Positions 17,362 through 26,352 of a stretch of DNA of 64,000 nucleotides are shown one piece after another. Position numbers and translations under genes: made by a program. Source of the stretch: Marispirochaeta sp. GTDB lineage: Bacteria > Spirochaetota > Spirochaetia > JC444 > Marispirochaetaceae. The stretch lies in the NCBI GenBank assembly GCA_963676835.2, contig CAXXFF010000003.1:672001-736000 (forward strand). The letters run 5' to 3'. The stretch's first letter is position 1. Each line of letters starts with the position of its first letter. The notes under the pieces were generated by a model. It did no database searches and had not been told where the DNA came from. It worked only from the letters and a program-made list of their open reading frames with translations.

Positions 17362-18733
17362 GTACAGCAGCTCCAGTTAATTGAAGTAGTTCCTGCGCCT
17401 GCACAAGCTCACTGCTGTCTGATTCTGCAGAGGAATCAATAATGCCCGAAAGAATAGTCCGGGCCTCACTGTTTTTTCCCCCGTCCAGAAGCAGCCGGCA
17501 TTTTATGAGCAGCAGGGCATTGCTCCGGTAATACCCGAGACCGGTGTTCACATACCTCCAGGCATCTTCGGATGTTCCATTTGTATAATTGATTTCGGCT
17601 ATGAAGCAGCAGCAGTCGGCCGCTTTTTCCAAGTCTTCCCGGGTCTGCAGGCTCAGTGATTCAAGAGACTTTTCTCTGGTATGAACCGCCTGCTTAAACT
17701 TATATTGGCAGAGGTAGCAATCAGACAAAAGCTTGAGAACTTCATAAGATCCTTGCAGAGACTTACGGGTAAGAATACCTTCAGCGTCGGCATAGTTCTC
17801 AAGCAGAATTGCCGTACGGGCTGCACCTATCAGAGATGGTCGATGTTCAGGATTAATTTCCATACTTCGGGAAAACAGTTCAAAAGCCTCGAGGTGATCT
17901 TCCCTCTGCTCCTTCAACAGAGCCGCATAATAAATATAGAGAAAGTTCTCAGGGTCCTTTCTTCGAAGCAGAACCATCTCATACTCTGCCCGCGGAAGAT
18001 CTCCCATCTGCACACAGACTGTCACCAGCTTATCCAGGTATTCAGTACTGTCCGGGTCCAGGTCCCTCAGGCGGTGGTAATAGCGGTAAGCTGATTCCCA
18101 CTCCTGCTGTTCCACAGAAACCTCCGCAAGTACTTTTAAAGCAAGATGATTTGCCGGATCAGCAGCCAGCACTGCCCCCATGGAAGCTGCCACCCGTTTG
18201 TAATTTGTCGAATCCATGGGATTTGCATAAAACAGTGCCGCATTGAAATAGAGCTGTGCCGGTATTGATTCGGGAGCAATGGCAAGAACATCCGACATGG
18301 TAGATGCACAGAGAATAAACTCTTTCTCTTTAAACAGAAGGATTCCGTCATCAACCATGGTTTGCAGGAATGCTGTACCAGCAGGCGAAACACCAGATGA
18401 TTCGCGCACAGCCATGGCAAGAGCTCGCTGATCCTGACGGAGGGCATAGATACTGGAATTCATCTGCCGTTCCAGCAGACTCACCTTATTTTTGAGCTGG
18501 AACTGGGCTGTTTTTATCTCGACAAAATAATCCAGGTTTTGAGAAAAACCGGAATTAAGACTGGAAAGCAGCCGGTCGGTATTCTCTGCACTCAGTTCCA
18601 GGATTGCCTGCTGCTGCTCGTTCTGTGTCTGCAGAAAACAGAGCAGTGACTCATTTATCTCGGAGGTCCTATGCAGAATCAGGCCATAGGAGGTGATGAT
18701 TGTAGTTAAAATTAGAGCAGACAGCTTCTTCAT
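17354..18733 (-). CDS. Tetratricopeptide-repeat protein with N-terminal membrane anchor/signal and coiled coil
   Basis: Hydrophobic N-terminus, Q/E-rich coiled coil, TPR helices (AYRYYHRLRDLDP, AFELFSRSMEINP). Confidence 0.75.
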   Translation of the reverse strand: MKKLSALILTTIITSYGLILHRTSEINESLLCFLQTQNEQQQAILELSAENTDRLLSSLNSGFSQNLDYFVEIKTAQFQLKNKVSLLERQMNSSIYALRQDQRALAMAVRESSGVSPAGTAFLQTMVDDGILLFKEKEFILCASTMSDVLAIAPESIPAQLYFNAALFYANPMDSTNYKRVAASMGAVLAADPANHLALKVLAEVSVEQQEWESAYRYYHRLRDLDPDSTEYLDKLVTVCVQMGDLPRAEYEMVLLRRKDPENFLYIYYAALLKEQREDHLEAFELFSRSMEINPEHRPSLIGAARTAILLENYADAEGILTRKSLQGSYEVLKLLSDCYLCQYKFKQAVHTREKSLESLSLQTREDLEKAADCCCFIAEINYTNGTSEDAWRYVNTGLGYYRSNALLLIKCRLLLDGGKNSEARTILSGIIDSSAESDSSELVQAQELLQLTGAAVHG

Positions 18734-18787
18734 ACAAAAAGAAACCGCAAAAAGTGCTGTCTGCTTCTAGGTTATAAAACTTTTTTT

Positions 18788-20803
18788 CTAAAACTCCATA
18801 AAATCATCATCAGAATCATCTGCAAACGATTCTTCCGGTGCGGATGGCCGCAATGTAACGCCAGAAGCAGCATTACCTGCAGGCTGCCCCTCAGGCAGCA
18901 GCTTCTGTCTGGCCGGTGCCGGTTTGGGTTTTTCTATTCGTTGTTGCTCTCCGTCTATCCTGAAAAACCTTATACTATCCCTTAGCCGTTCTGCTTCCCC
19001 TGCAAGCTCCTGGGCAGTTGCCGCAAGCTCTTCCGCGGAGGAGGCATTTGCCTGAATAACCCCGTCCAACTGCTGGATGGCTGTGTTAATCTGCTCTGCA
19101 CCGATCTGCTGCTCTTTGCTTGAAGAGGAGATCTCCTGAACCAGGTCGGCGGTCCGCTTTATATCAGGTACAAGCTTTTCAAGAATTTCTCCGGACATCT
19201 GGTTTACCTTTACCGAGTCCCGGCTTCGTTCAGTAATTTCCTTGGCGGCATCCCGGCTCCGTTCCGCAAGCTTACGAACCTCTGCAGCCACCACGGCAAA
19301 GCCCTTCCCGGCTTCTCCCGCCCTGGCCGCTTCAATGGCGGCATTAAGGGCCAGCAGATTTGTCTGCCGGGCAATTTCATCGATAATAGAAATCTTCTCG
19401 GCAATTTCATTCATGGCCTTCAGAGAACCGGCCACTGCTGTACCGGATTCCTCTGCATCAAGGGCAGCCTGAATAGCAATCTTCTCTGTCTGAAATGAGT
19501 AATCCGCACTCTGGGTAATAGTTGAAGACATCTCTTCAACCGAGGCAGAAACCTCTTCCGCATTGGCCGCCTGTTCCGTTGAACCGGAAGAGAGGGACTG
19601 GGAAGATTCAGAAATAGCGCGGCTGCCGTCAGCTATGTGGTCAGCAGAAGAACTGACGCTGCCTACCACTGCTCTTAACTGTTCAATCATTCTTCCCATT
19701 GACCGGGCAAGCCCGCCTAACTCATCTTTACGGCCAGTCAGCTTTTTATCCGTAAAAAGCCTGAGTTTCCCGTTGGCAACTTCTTCCAGAGAGCGGGAAA
19801 TTAAGATAATCGGACGGGAAAAGGAGCGGCTGGTAATCCAGCTGGTAACAACAAAGAGAACAATAGAAGCGGCGAAAAGAGTCAGATACAGAACAACAAG
19901 TCTGTCCACAGGGGCAAAAACCTCAGAGGAATCTGCAAAGGTCAGCAGGGTCCAGCCGCCGGAAAGCAGCTGAAAGCCAACAAGCTTTCTTCCATGCTGT
20001 ATAACACCGGATACTTTCCCCGAAGCAACTGCAGCAGCAAGCTGTTCTGCCAATGTCGTATCCAGATCTTTAAGGGTCTTTCCTTCATTGGTTTCCACCG
20101 GATTGGCAATAAAGGTACCGCCGCTTCCCAGGAGGGCATAATATCCCTTCTGCATGAACTTTCTGCTTATAAGATCATCCCGAAGATCCACAACAAAGTT
20201 ATCTATACCGACAACCCCTACAACCCGGTTTTCGACTGTTAGAGATTGGGTGTAGCTTATCAGCTTGCCGTCAAAGCCTTCCCAGTCGTAGGGATCTGTA
20301 ATATTTACGCCCTTCTCTTCTGCGCCCCACATCCATTCCCAGTTGGGATCATGACCAATATCAGCCCGGGTATATACAGACTGACTTTCTAATCCGATGC
20401 TGCCGTCATCCTGCCGGCGGACGGTAAACTTCATATAATCCGGCGAAACATACTCCGGCGAGTACCATACATACAGATCGAGAAGATCATTGCCGGAAAG
20501 AATTCCCCGGGCGGCCGGAAGAAGCTGTCCCTGAATCTCTTCCATTACTTCTGCATCGGCCAGAGATTCGAGGGACAGATACTCTGCAAGTACACCTTTG
20601 TAAGCTCTGGTAAGATAACTGAGACGATTGAAATATCCCTCTATTTCCCCGGCCCAGACTTCCGTTGATTTGCTGATTATTTCATGGGTATCGGCGGTAA
20701 GAGAAGAAAGTGACTGGGTCAGACTGACCGCCATAAACAGTGCAATAATGATAATAAAAGGAATAATGGTTGCCAGAAGAAACCTGGTGGAGATCTTTTT
20801 CAC
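18788..20803 (-). CDS. Methyl-accepting chemotaxis protein (Cache sensor, HAMP)
   Basis: [40 protein letters not shown]; two TM segments; [16 protein letters not shown] start at 20803 chosen for its GAGGGGG RBS. Confidence 0.95.
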   Translation of the reverse strand: MKKISTRFLLATIIPFIIIIALFMAVSLTQSLSSLTADTHEIISKSTEVWAGEIEGYFNRLSYLTRAYKGVLAEYLSLESLADAEVMEEIQGQLLPAARGILSGNDLLDLYVWYSPEYVSPDYMKFTVRRQDDGSIGLESQSVYTRADIGHDPNWEWMWGAEEKGVNITDPYDWEGFDGKLISYTQSLTVENRVVGVVGIDNFVVDLRDDLISRKFMQKGYYALLGSGGTFIANPVETNEGKTLKDLDTTLAEQLAAAVASGKVSGVIQHGRKLVGFQLLSGGWTLLTFADSSEVFAPVDRLVVLYLTLFAASIVLFVVTSWITSRSFSRPIILISRSLEEVANGKLRLFTDKKLTGRKDELGGLARSMGRMIEQLRAVVGSVSSSADHIADGSRAISESSQSLSSGSTEQAANAEEVSASVEEMSSTITQSADYSFQTEKIAIQAALDAEESGTAVAGSLKAMNEIAEKISIIDEIARQTNLLALNAAIEAARAGEAGKGFAVVAAEVRKLAERSRDAAKEITERSRDSVKVNQMSGEILEKLVPDIKRTADLVQEISSSSKEQQIGAEQINTAIQQLDGVIQANASSAEELAATAQELAGEAERLRDSIRFFRIDGEQQRIEKPKPAPARQKLLPEGQPAGNAASGVTLRPSAPEESFADDSDDDFMEF

Positions 20804-21051
20804 AGGATGTTTCCCCCTCTGCTTTAAGTATATAAAGCCCACAACGAAGTGCAACATTTTGCCCGGTAATTAAAGGAGAACTTACACTGAGTTAGATTTT
20901 AAATACCCCGGGGCTTGAAGGAGAAATGGAATCTCCCTCGTGTATACATTCTCCCCCTCTCCGTTTAGTATAAGCCCTGCTCCTGTACAACCCGCTGTAA
21001 ACAAAGGCAAACAGGACAATCACCCGACAGAATCCTTCAGAAAAGGCGTAT

Positions 21052-21597
21052 ATGAATATTTATCTGGACCTGTTTCTAACCTTTGCCCGTATAGGCGGGC
21101 TTACCTTCGGCGGCGGCTATGCCATGCTGCCAATTCTGCAGCGTGAGGTTGTAGAAAAGAGAAAGTGGGTAAGCCACGATGAACTGATGGACTACTACGC
21201 CGTGGGACAGTGTACCCCCGGCATTATAGCCATAAACACCGCAACCTTTATCGGGAACCGGCAGAAGGGAGTCCCCGGCGGCATAAGCGCCACCCTGGGC
21301 ATGGTGTTTCCATCCCTGATAATTATCACCATTATTGCAGCATTTATCAGCAATTTTGCGGAACTGCCGCTGATTAAAAACGCCTTTGCAGGGATTCGGG
21401 TTTGTGTGTTTGTGCTGGTGGTTCAGGCCATACTCAAACTCAAAAAAAATGCCCTTATTGATCTGTGGACAGGAATAATCTTCGCCATAGTGTTCCTCGC
21501 ATCCGTACTTACCAGCCTTTCGCCGGTAATCTTCATCCTGCTTGCAGGTGCAGCGGGAGCGGTGCTGCAGAGCATGAAAGGAAAGATACACCAATGA
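21052..21597 (+). CDS. chrA: Short-chain chromate transporter (ChrA family), N-type subunit
   Basis: FARIGGLTFGGGYAMLP, GQCTPG motifs. Confidence 0.9.
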   Translation: MNIYLDLFLTFARIGGLTFGGGYAMLPILQREVVEKRKWVSHDELMDYYAVGQCTPGIIAINTATFIGNRQKGVPGGISATLGMVFPSLIIITIIAAFISNFAELPLIKNAFAGIRVCVFVLVVQAILKLKKNALIDLWTGIIFAIVFLASVLTSLSPVIFILLAGAAGAVLQSMKGKIHQ

Positions 21598-22166
21598 TAT
21601 TTCTACAGCTCTACTTCGAATACTTTAAAGCCGGACTTTTTGCCATAGGCGGAGGGCTTGCCACCCTGCCATTCCTCTACACCATGTCCGACAATACTTC
21701 ATGGTTTACCCACACCCAGCTGGCAGACATGCTTGCAGTATCGGAATCGACCCCCGGACCGATAGGGGTGAATATGTCTACCTATGTTGGTTTTACCACC
21801 GCGGGACTTCCTGGAAGCATCGTGGCTACCATGGGGCTGGTGAGTCCCTCGGTTATTGTTGTGCTTATAATTGCCCGGTTTCTGCAGAAGTTTAATGAAA
21901 CCCCTCTGGTAAAAGGCACCTTTTACGGCTTAAGGCCTGCTTCTCTTGGGCTTATTGCGGCTGCAGGCTGGGGAGTTCTGCAGATTTCCCTGCTCAACCT
22001 GCCCCTCTTTCGTGAAACAGAAAGTTATCTGAATCTGTTTCACTGGAAGGGAATGCTCCTTGCCCTGGGGATTTTTCTGGTATTAAAATTCAGGAAAGTA
22101 CATCCCGTTGCTCTCATTGCAGTATCTGCAGTAACCGGAGCCGTTTTTCGATTTGCCGGGGCTTAA
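21594..22166 (+). CDS. chrA: Short-chain chromate transporter (ChrA family), C-type subunit
   Basis: FKAGLFAIGGGLATLP, SESTPGPIGVN; ATGA overlap gives start 21594. Confidence 0.9.
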   Translation: MIFLQLYFEYFKAGLFAIGGGLATLPFLYTMSDNTSWFTHTQLADMLAVSESTPGPIGVNMSTYVGFTTAGLPGSIVATMGLVSPSVIVVLIIARFLQKFNETPLVKGTFYGLRPASLGLIAAAGWGVLQISLLNLPLFRETESYLNLFHWKGMLLALGIFLVLKFRKVHPVALIAVSAVTGAVFRFAGA

Positions 22167-22252
22167 TAATCAGGCCCCGAACTGAGAAATTATCAGGTAA
22201 GTACTTTATATTTAACATGTAAAAACTATATTTCAAAAAAGGAGATTATGTC

Positions 22253-23089
22253 GTGAAAAGAAACAGTAAAATAAGTGTTGAAGGGAACGAAATATCCATT
22301 TTTACAAAAGATGAACAGGACTATATTTCTTTGACTGATATGGTTCGGGAAATGGAAAATGGACCAGCACTTATTGAGAAATGGCTGAGAAATAAAAACA
22401 CTATTGAGTTCATTGGAATTTGGGAGCAAATTTATAATCCAGGGTTTAATTCCCCCGAATTCGAGGGAATTAAAAACCAGGCGGGATTAAACAGGTTTAT
22501 CTTATCAGTTAAGCAATGGGTGGAGAAAACAGGTTCTATCGGAATCATAGCAAAAGCGGGACGTTATGGAGGAACTTATGCTCATAAAGATATTGCTTTT
22601 GAATTTGCATCCTGGATATCACCTAAATTTAAGCTGTATTTGATAAAGGAATTTCAGCGCTTAAAGGATGATGAATTAAAACTGCTCGGCTGGGATATTC
22701 GCAGGAACCTTGCAAAAATAAATTATCGTATTCATACTGATGCCATTAAGGAAAACCTTGTCCCCGATCTCCTGTCGAAACAGCAGATAAACCTGGTGTA
22801 TGCCGAAGAGGCGGATGTTCTGAATATGGCCCTCTTCGGAAAAACTGCCGTGCAGTGGCGGAAGGACAACCCTGGTATATCCGGAAATATCCGTGATTAT
22901 GCAAATGTTTCCCAGCTGGTATGCCTGGCTAACCTGGAAATTCTGAATGCCCACTTTTTGCAGGAGCATATATCTCAAAATGAGCGTTTACTCAGGCTTA
23001 ATCAAACGGCTATATCACAGATGAAGGTTCTGACACAGGAAAGAAGAATAGAAATGATTGAGCAGGATATTTCGTCGCATGAGAAATAG
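22253..23089 (+). CDS. KilA-N domain-containing DNA-binding protein
   Basis: DYISLTDM...WLRNKNTIEFIGIWE...GRYGGTYAHKDIAFEFASWISP. Confidence 0.9.
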   Translation: MKRNSKISVEGNEISIFTKDEQDYISLTDMVREMENGPALIEKWLRNKNTIEFIGIWEQIYNPGFNSPEFEGIKNQAGLNRFILSVKQWVEKTGSIGIIAKAGRYGGTYAHKDIAFEFASWISPKFKLYLIKEFQRLKDDELKLLGWDIRRNLAKINYRIHTDAIKENLVPDLLSKQQINLVYAEEADVLNMALFGKTAVQWRKDNPGISGNIRDYANVSQLVCLANLEILNAHFLQEHISQNERLLRLNQTAISQMKVLTQERRIEMIEQDISSHEK

Positions 23090-23093
23090 AGTG

Positions 23094-23126
23094 TACTTAA
23101 TTGAGACTGGAATACTCAATTAAGTA
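23094..23126. repeat. Perfect 12-bp inverted repeat with 9-nt spacer
   Basis: TACTTAATTGAG-actggaata-CTCAATTAAGTA. Confidence 0.85.
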
Positions 23127-23160
23127 TTAGTCTGATGTTAATGAAACGTTATTTACTGAA

Positions 23161-23366
23161 AAATTACCCGCAGACCTTTCTCAATTTGCTATAACCACTG
23201 ATTGGGATTAAACCCAATCACCCCCCGAACATCATCTCATGGGTCTCCAGAGATCCGTAACCTTCAACCTCTTCCCGCACAAGACCGTTTCCGGACAGTG
23301 TCGAGCGTACAATCCGCTTATTAAAGGGGCTGATATTTTCGTAGTTGAGAAAATCCTCCACGGGCA
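23161..23366. repeat. ~205-bp direct repeat of 24292..24496 (NUDIX gene 3' end plus downstream hairpin); contains a displaced 3' gene fragment at 23218..23366 (-)
   Basis: Side-by-side comparison shows 5 substitutions and 1 indel. Confidence 0.95.
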
Positions 23367-23648
23367 CAACAATAATTGAGTATCCATCCAGTTATTTACA
23401 GATATATTGCTATTGAACCTGCCAACTGCTCCGAACAATTTCATATACACTCAAAAGTAGGTTATAATATTGGTATAAGGCATTTCTAAAAACGTAGTAT
23501 TTTTGCCATAGCCTAGGAGGATAGATTTTATAGCGCCCGCAAACTCTTGTGGTAACAAGAGTTGAGGACCGCGGGAAATCTTGACGACACAGGATATGGA
23601 GAAAAGAGTAGTTTTTAGAGGTGGCCTATATATACAAAGGAGGTAGAA

Positions 23649-23867
23649 ATGAGACAAACACTTTACGTTGATGGAGAAGTCCTGGATGAGCATACCATTC
23701 ATGTAAAAGAAAATCTGAAAGCTGCAATAGGCAAGGTAAAACTTATAGTAGAGATGCCCGATCAGCAGGAAACAGATTCAGCGAGTAGCTTTGAACAGTA
23801 TTTCCGCAACCAGAACCTGGACTTAAAAGGTTTTAAATTTAATCGGGATTCGGCAAATGAGCGTTAA
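23649..23867 (+). CDS. Putative antitoxin of a PIN-domain toxin
   Basis: 72 aa, AGGAGG RBS, ends FKFNRDSANER, overlaps the PIN gene. Confidence 0.75.
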   Translation: MRQTLYVDGEVLDEHTIHVKENLKAAIGKVKLIVEMPDQQETDSASSFEQYFRNQNLDLKGFKFNRDSANER

Positions 23868-24255
23868 ATCGTTCATCGATACAAATGTTCTCGTATATTT
23901 ACTGGATACCGATCTTCACAAAAAAAATATTGCGTTAAACCTGTTTAAGAATACTCCGACGATCTCATTAAACGTTTTAAACGAGTATAGTAATGTTTGT
24001 CGTAAGAAATTCCGCCGTCCCATATCAAATATCAAAAGTGATATAGAAATACTTATACAAAAAGTAAATCTGATTATTCCTGATCTGCATACTGTTCAAC
24101 ATGCCTTAGAACTTGCAGAACAGCTGGGATATTCTCACTTTGACAGTTTAATGCTTGCATCTGCTCTTGAGTCTGACTGTACCGTTTTCTATTCTGAGGA
24201 TCTTCAAGATGGACAGTTAATCAAGGGGTCACTAAGGATATGTAACCCTTTTTAA
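23857..24255 (+). CDS. vapC: PIN-domain (VapC-like) toxin
   Basis: FIDTNVLVY, E in VLNEY, FDSLMLASAL, YSEDLQDG. Confidence 0.9.
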   Translation: MSVKSFIDTNVLVYLLDTDLHKKNIALNLFKNTPTISLNVLNEYSNVCRKKFRRPISNIKSDIEILIQKVNLIIPDLHTVQHALELAEQLGYSHFDSLMLASALESDCTVFYSEDLQDGQLIKGSLRICNPF

Positions 24256-24328
24256 CGACTGTACTTTCCAATAATAAGTGATACAGTAAACAAATTACCC
24301 GCAACCTTTCACAATTTGCTATAACCAC

Positions 24329-24350
24329 TGATTGGGATTAAACCCAATCA
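24329..24350. terminator. Hairpin at the NUDIX stop codon (copy at 23199..23220); possible terminator
   Basis: TGATTGGG-attaaa-CCCAATCA. Confidence 0.4.
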
Positions 24351-25097
24351 CCCCCCGAACATCATCTCATGGGTCTCCAGGGATCCGTAACCTTCAACCT
24401 CTTCCCGTACAAGACCGTTTCCGGACAGTGTCGAGCGTACAATCCGCTTATTAAAGGGGCTGATGTTTTCGTGGTTGAGAAAATCCTCCACGGGCATCCA
24501 GAGGGCCTCGTGGATCTCTTCGGTATCCATGGTAATATCGAAACTCAAAGGTTTCAGGCGGCAGACATAGTAGATATCCGACTTTTCATAACGGTAGCCG
24601 TGCCAATGGCGGAAGCAGGAAATATACTGAAACTCCGTCTGTATTCCAGTCTCTTCCAGAACCTCCCGCACAACAGCTTCGGAGATATGTTCGCCGGAAT
24701 TGAGTGCCCCTCCGGGCAGCTTAAAACGTCGGGTTTCAGTAATGTAGTACTTCTCGCTTATAACCAGCAGCCTGTTCTGATCATCCAGAACCACCCCGCC
24801 GGCGCCTATATAATGGGTAGCATAGGGAGGAATATAGGACCCCTCAACAAGAGTACAGGTCATATGCAGATATTCAGGCTCCGCATGATGGTAAATAAAT
24901 CCCCTGCCGGCTGCGATGGGGACAAATTCGGATTTCGCCAGGGGAAGGGTCATCCAGAGAACCTTGATATTCTGATTATTAAGATCTTTTATTGTTTCAT
25001 CGAGTCGGAGAATAAATTCTTCATTATTATCCGGCAGCCCGGCGGCATCAATTACAGCTCCGCCAAAGGGATTCAGTTCGTAGGGTAATGTCTGCAT
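24348..25097 (-). CDS. NUDIX hydrolase (NUDT6-like, with pre-Nudix domain)
   Basis: Nudix box GGALNSGEHISEAVVREVLEETG; GFIYHHA pre-Nudix motif. Confidence 0.9.
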   Translation of the reverse strand: MQTLPYELNPFGGAVIDAAGLPDNNEEFILRLDETIKDLNNQNIKVLWMTLPLAKSEFVPIAAGRGFIYHHAEPEYLHMTCTLVEGSYIPPYATHYIGAGGVVLDDQNRLLVISEKYYITETRRFKLPGGALNSGEHISEAVVREVLEETGIQTEFQYISCFRHWHGYRYEKSDIYYVCRLKPLSFDITMDTEEIHEALWMPVEDFLNHENISPFNKRIVRSTLSGNGLVREEVEGYGSLETHEMMFGG

Positions 25098-25142
25098 GAC
25101 AGGACTGTACCGGGACTTTCCGAAAATTACAAGATTACCATA

Positions 25143-26240
25143 TCAGGCTGACCAGATTTTCTTGACCATCTCAATACGGCTGTTGATTATCTCCGGAGTC
25201 ATGCCTATAAGCTGCAGAGCGAGACCTGCCGTGGGCAGTTCATCGTGAATCTGCTGAAGATCGCTATCAGACAGGTCACCAAGAATGTACAGCCGTTTAT
25301 GCTCAAGGATAGTTTTAAACCACGGCATCATCTCGGCGATGCTCATGCCCACATCATCCAGGTTGACTTCTATTACATCCAGTTCGGGAATTTGTACAAG
25401 GTCGTCTACAGTATAAAGTGCCCCGGAATGGAGATGAATGCCGGTTAGAGGCAGGTTGCCCGCCAGTTTCTGTTCCGACGACAGTACATACTGACGGTAC
25501 AGATCCGGCGACCAGTATGAGAGGGCATCATCCTGAAACCAGCCGCAGCGCTGCTCAGCCCACAAGGTCTGCAGACTGAAGGAGTACCCTCCCTCCCAGG
25601 GAACAATATGCTTCTGCTGAGCCTCGGCAACACTTTCCCAGCGGCGGGTTATTACCTTCAGAGCCTCTGTTACATTCTCCGGCTGATCATAAATATCAAA
25701 GATTGTCTGCTCCGCACCCCGCAGAACTGAAAGAAGGTCCACGGGTCCACGCATAAGGCTCATAGCAACAGGGAATCGTCCCTCGGACAGGCGGTTGAGC
25801 CAGTCAAGAAACTCGAGCAGCACATCCAGCCAGTCCAGGCGAAGCCGTTTCTCTTCAATTATTTCTGCACTTGAAAAACTCCCGTGCTCTGCCTGAATAT
25901 TTCCATCTTTATTCGAAATCGGTGAGCCGAGAATTGCCTCTACCCAGGGAAACACCATAAGAGGAAAAGCCGCCCAGGGAATATCCTCGTCAATTTTCAG
26001 GTGTGCAGTATATAGCCTCTCATAGTCTTCACGGAAACTCTCAAAGGAAATATCCGATGGTAAGAGCAGGCCGTTTTCCATTTTCGCCAAGCCGGTTCTG
26101 TAGTTATATCCAACCTCGAAGTTACCCATCCATGCTGCAAGCAGAGGGCGGTCTACTTTTTTTCGGTCCCAGAAATCTCTGCTGCGCTGAAGATTAATAT
26201 TAAGTTTACTCTTTTCCACCATTACGTCCTTTGTACTCAT
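25143..26240 (-). CDS. URO-D / cobalamin-dependent methyltransferase superfamily protein (start uncertain)
   Basis: FWDRKKVDRPL, GPVDLLSVLRG, QDDALSYWSPDLYRQY, IHLHS motifs. Confidence 0.65.
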   Translation of the reverse strand: MSTKDVMVEKSKLNINLQRSRDFWDRKKVDRPLLAAWMGNFEVGYNYRTGLAKMENGLLLPSDISFESFREDYERLYTAHLKIDEDIPWAAFPLMVFPWVEAILGSPISNKDGNIQAEHGSFSSAEIIEEKRLRLDWLDVLLEFLDWLNRLSEGRFPVAMSLMRGPVDLLSVLRGAEQTIFDIYDQPENVTEALKVITRRWESVAEAQQKHIVPWEGGYSFSLQTLWAEQRCGWFQDDALSYWSPDLYRQYVLSSEQKLAGNLPLTGIHLHSGALYTVDDLVQIPELDVIEVNLDDVGMSIAEMMPWFKTILEHKRLYILGDLSDSDLQQIHDELPTAGLALQLIGMTPEIINSRIEMVKKIWSA

Positions 26241-26352
26241 TCGGGAACCATGAATCTGGGTGATATATTCTATGCACAATACACCCGATTCTACATTTTT
26301 ATATTTACCGTCTTGCTGTTGCCTGTATCCTGCAGCTATTCACAGAAGAATA

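Noticed and set aside
21465..21593. N-terminal extension of the second chrA ORF
   Set aside because: Overlaps the first chrA; ATGA coupling at 21594 gives the typical start
23232..23702. Two abutting minus-strand ORFs (83 aa and 72 aa) as a pseudogene
   Set aside because: No recognisable protein motif; they overlap the antitoxin and run out of frame through the NUDIX duplicate
22167..24300. KilA-N and TA genes as integron cassettes
   Set aside because: No integron integrase in the window and I could not identify proper attC R''/R' boxes after the genes
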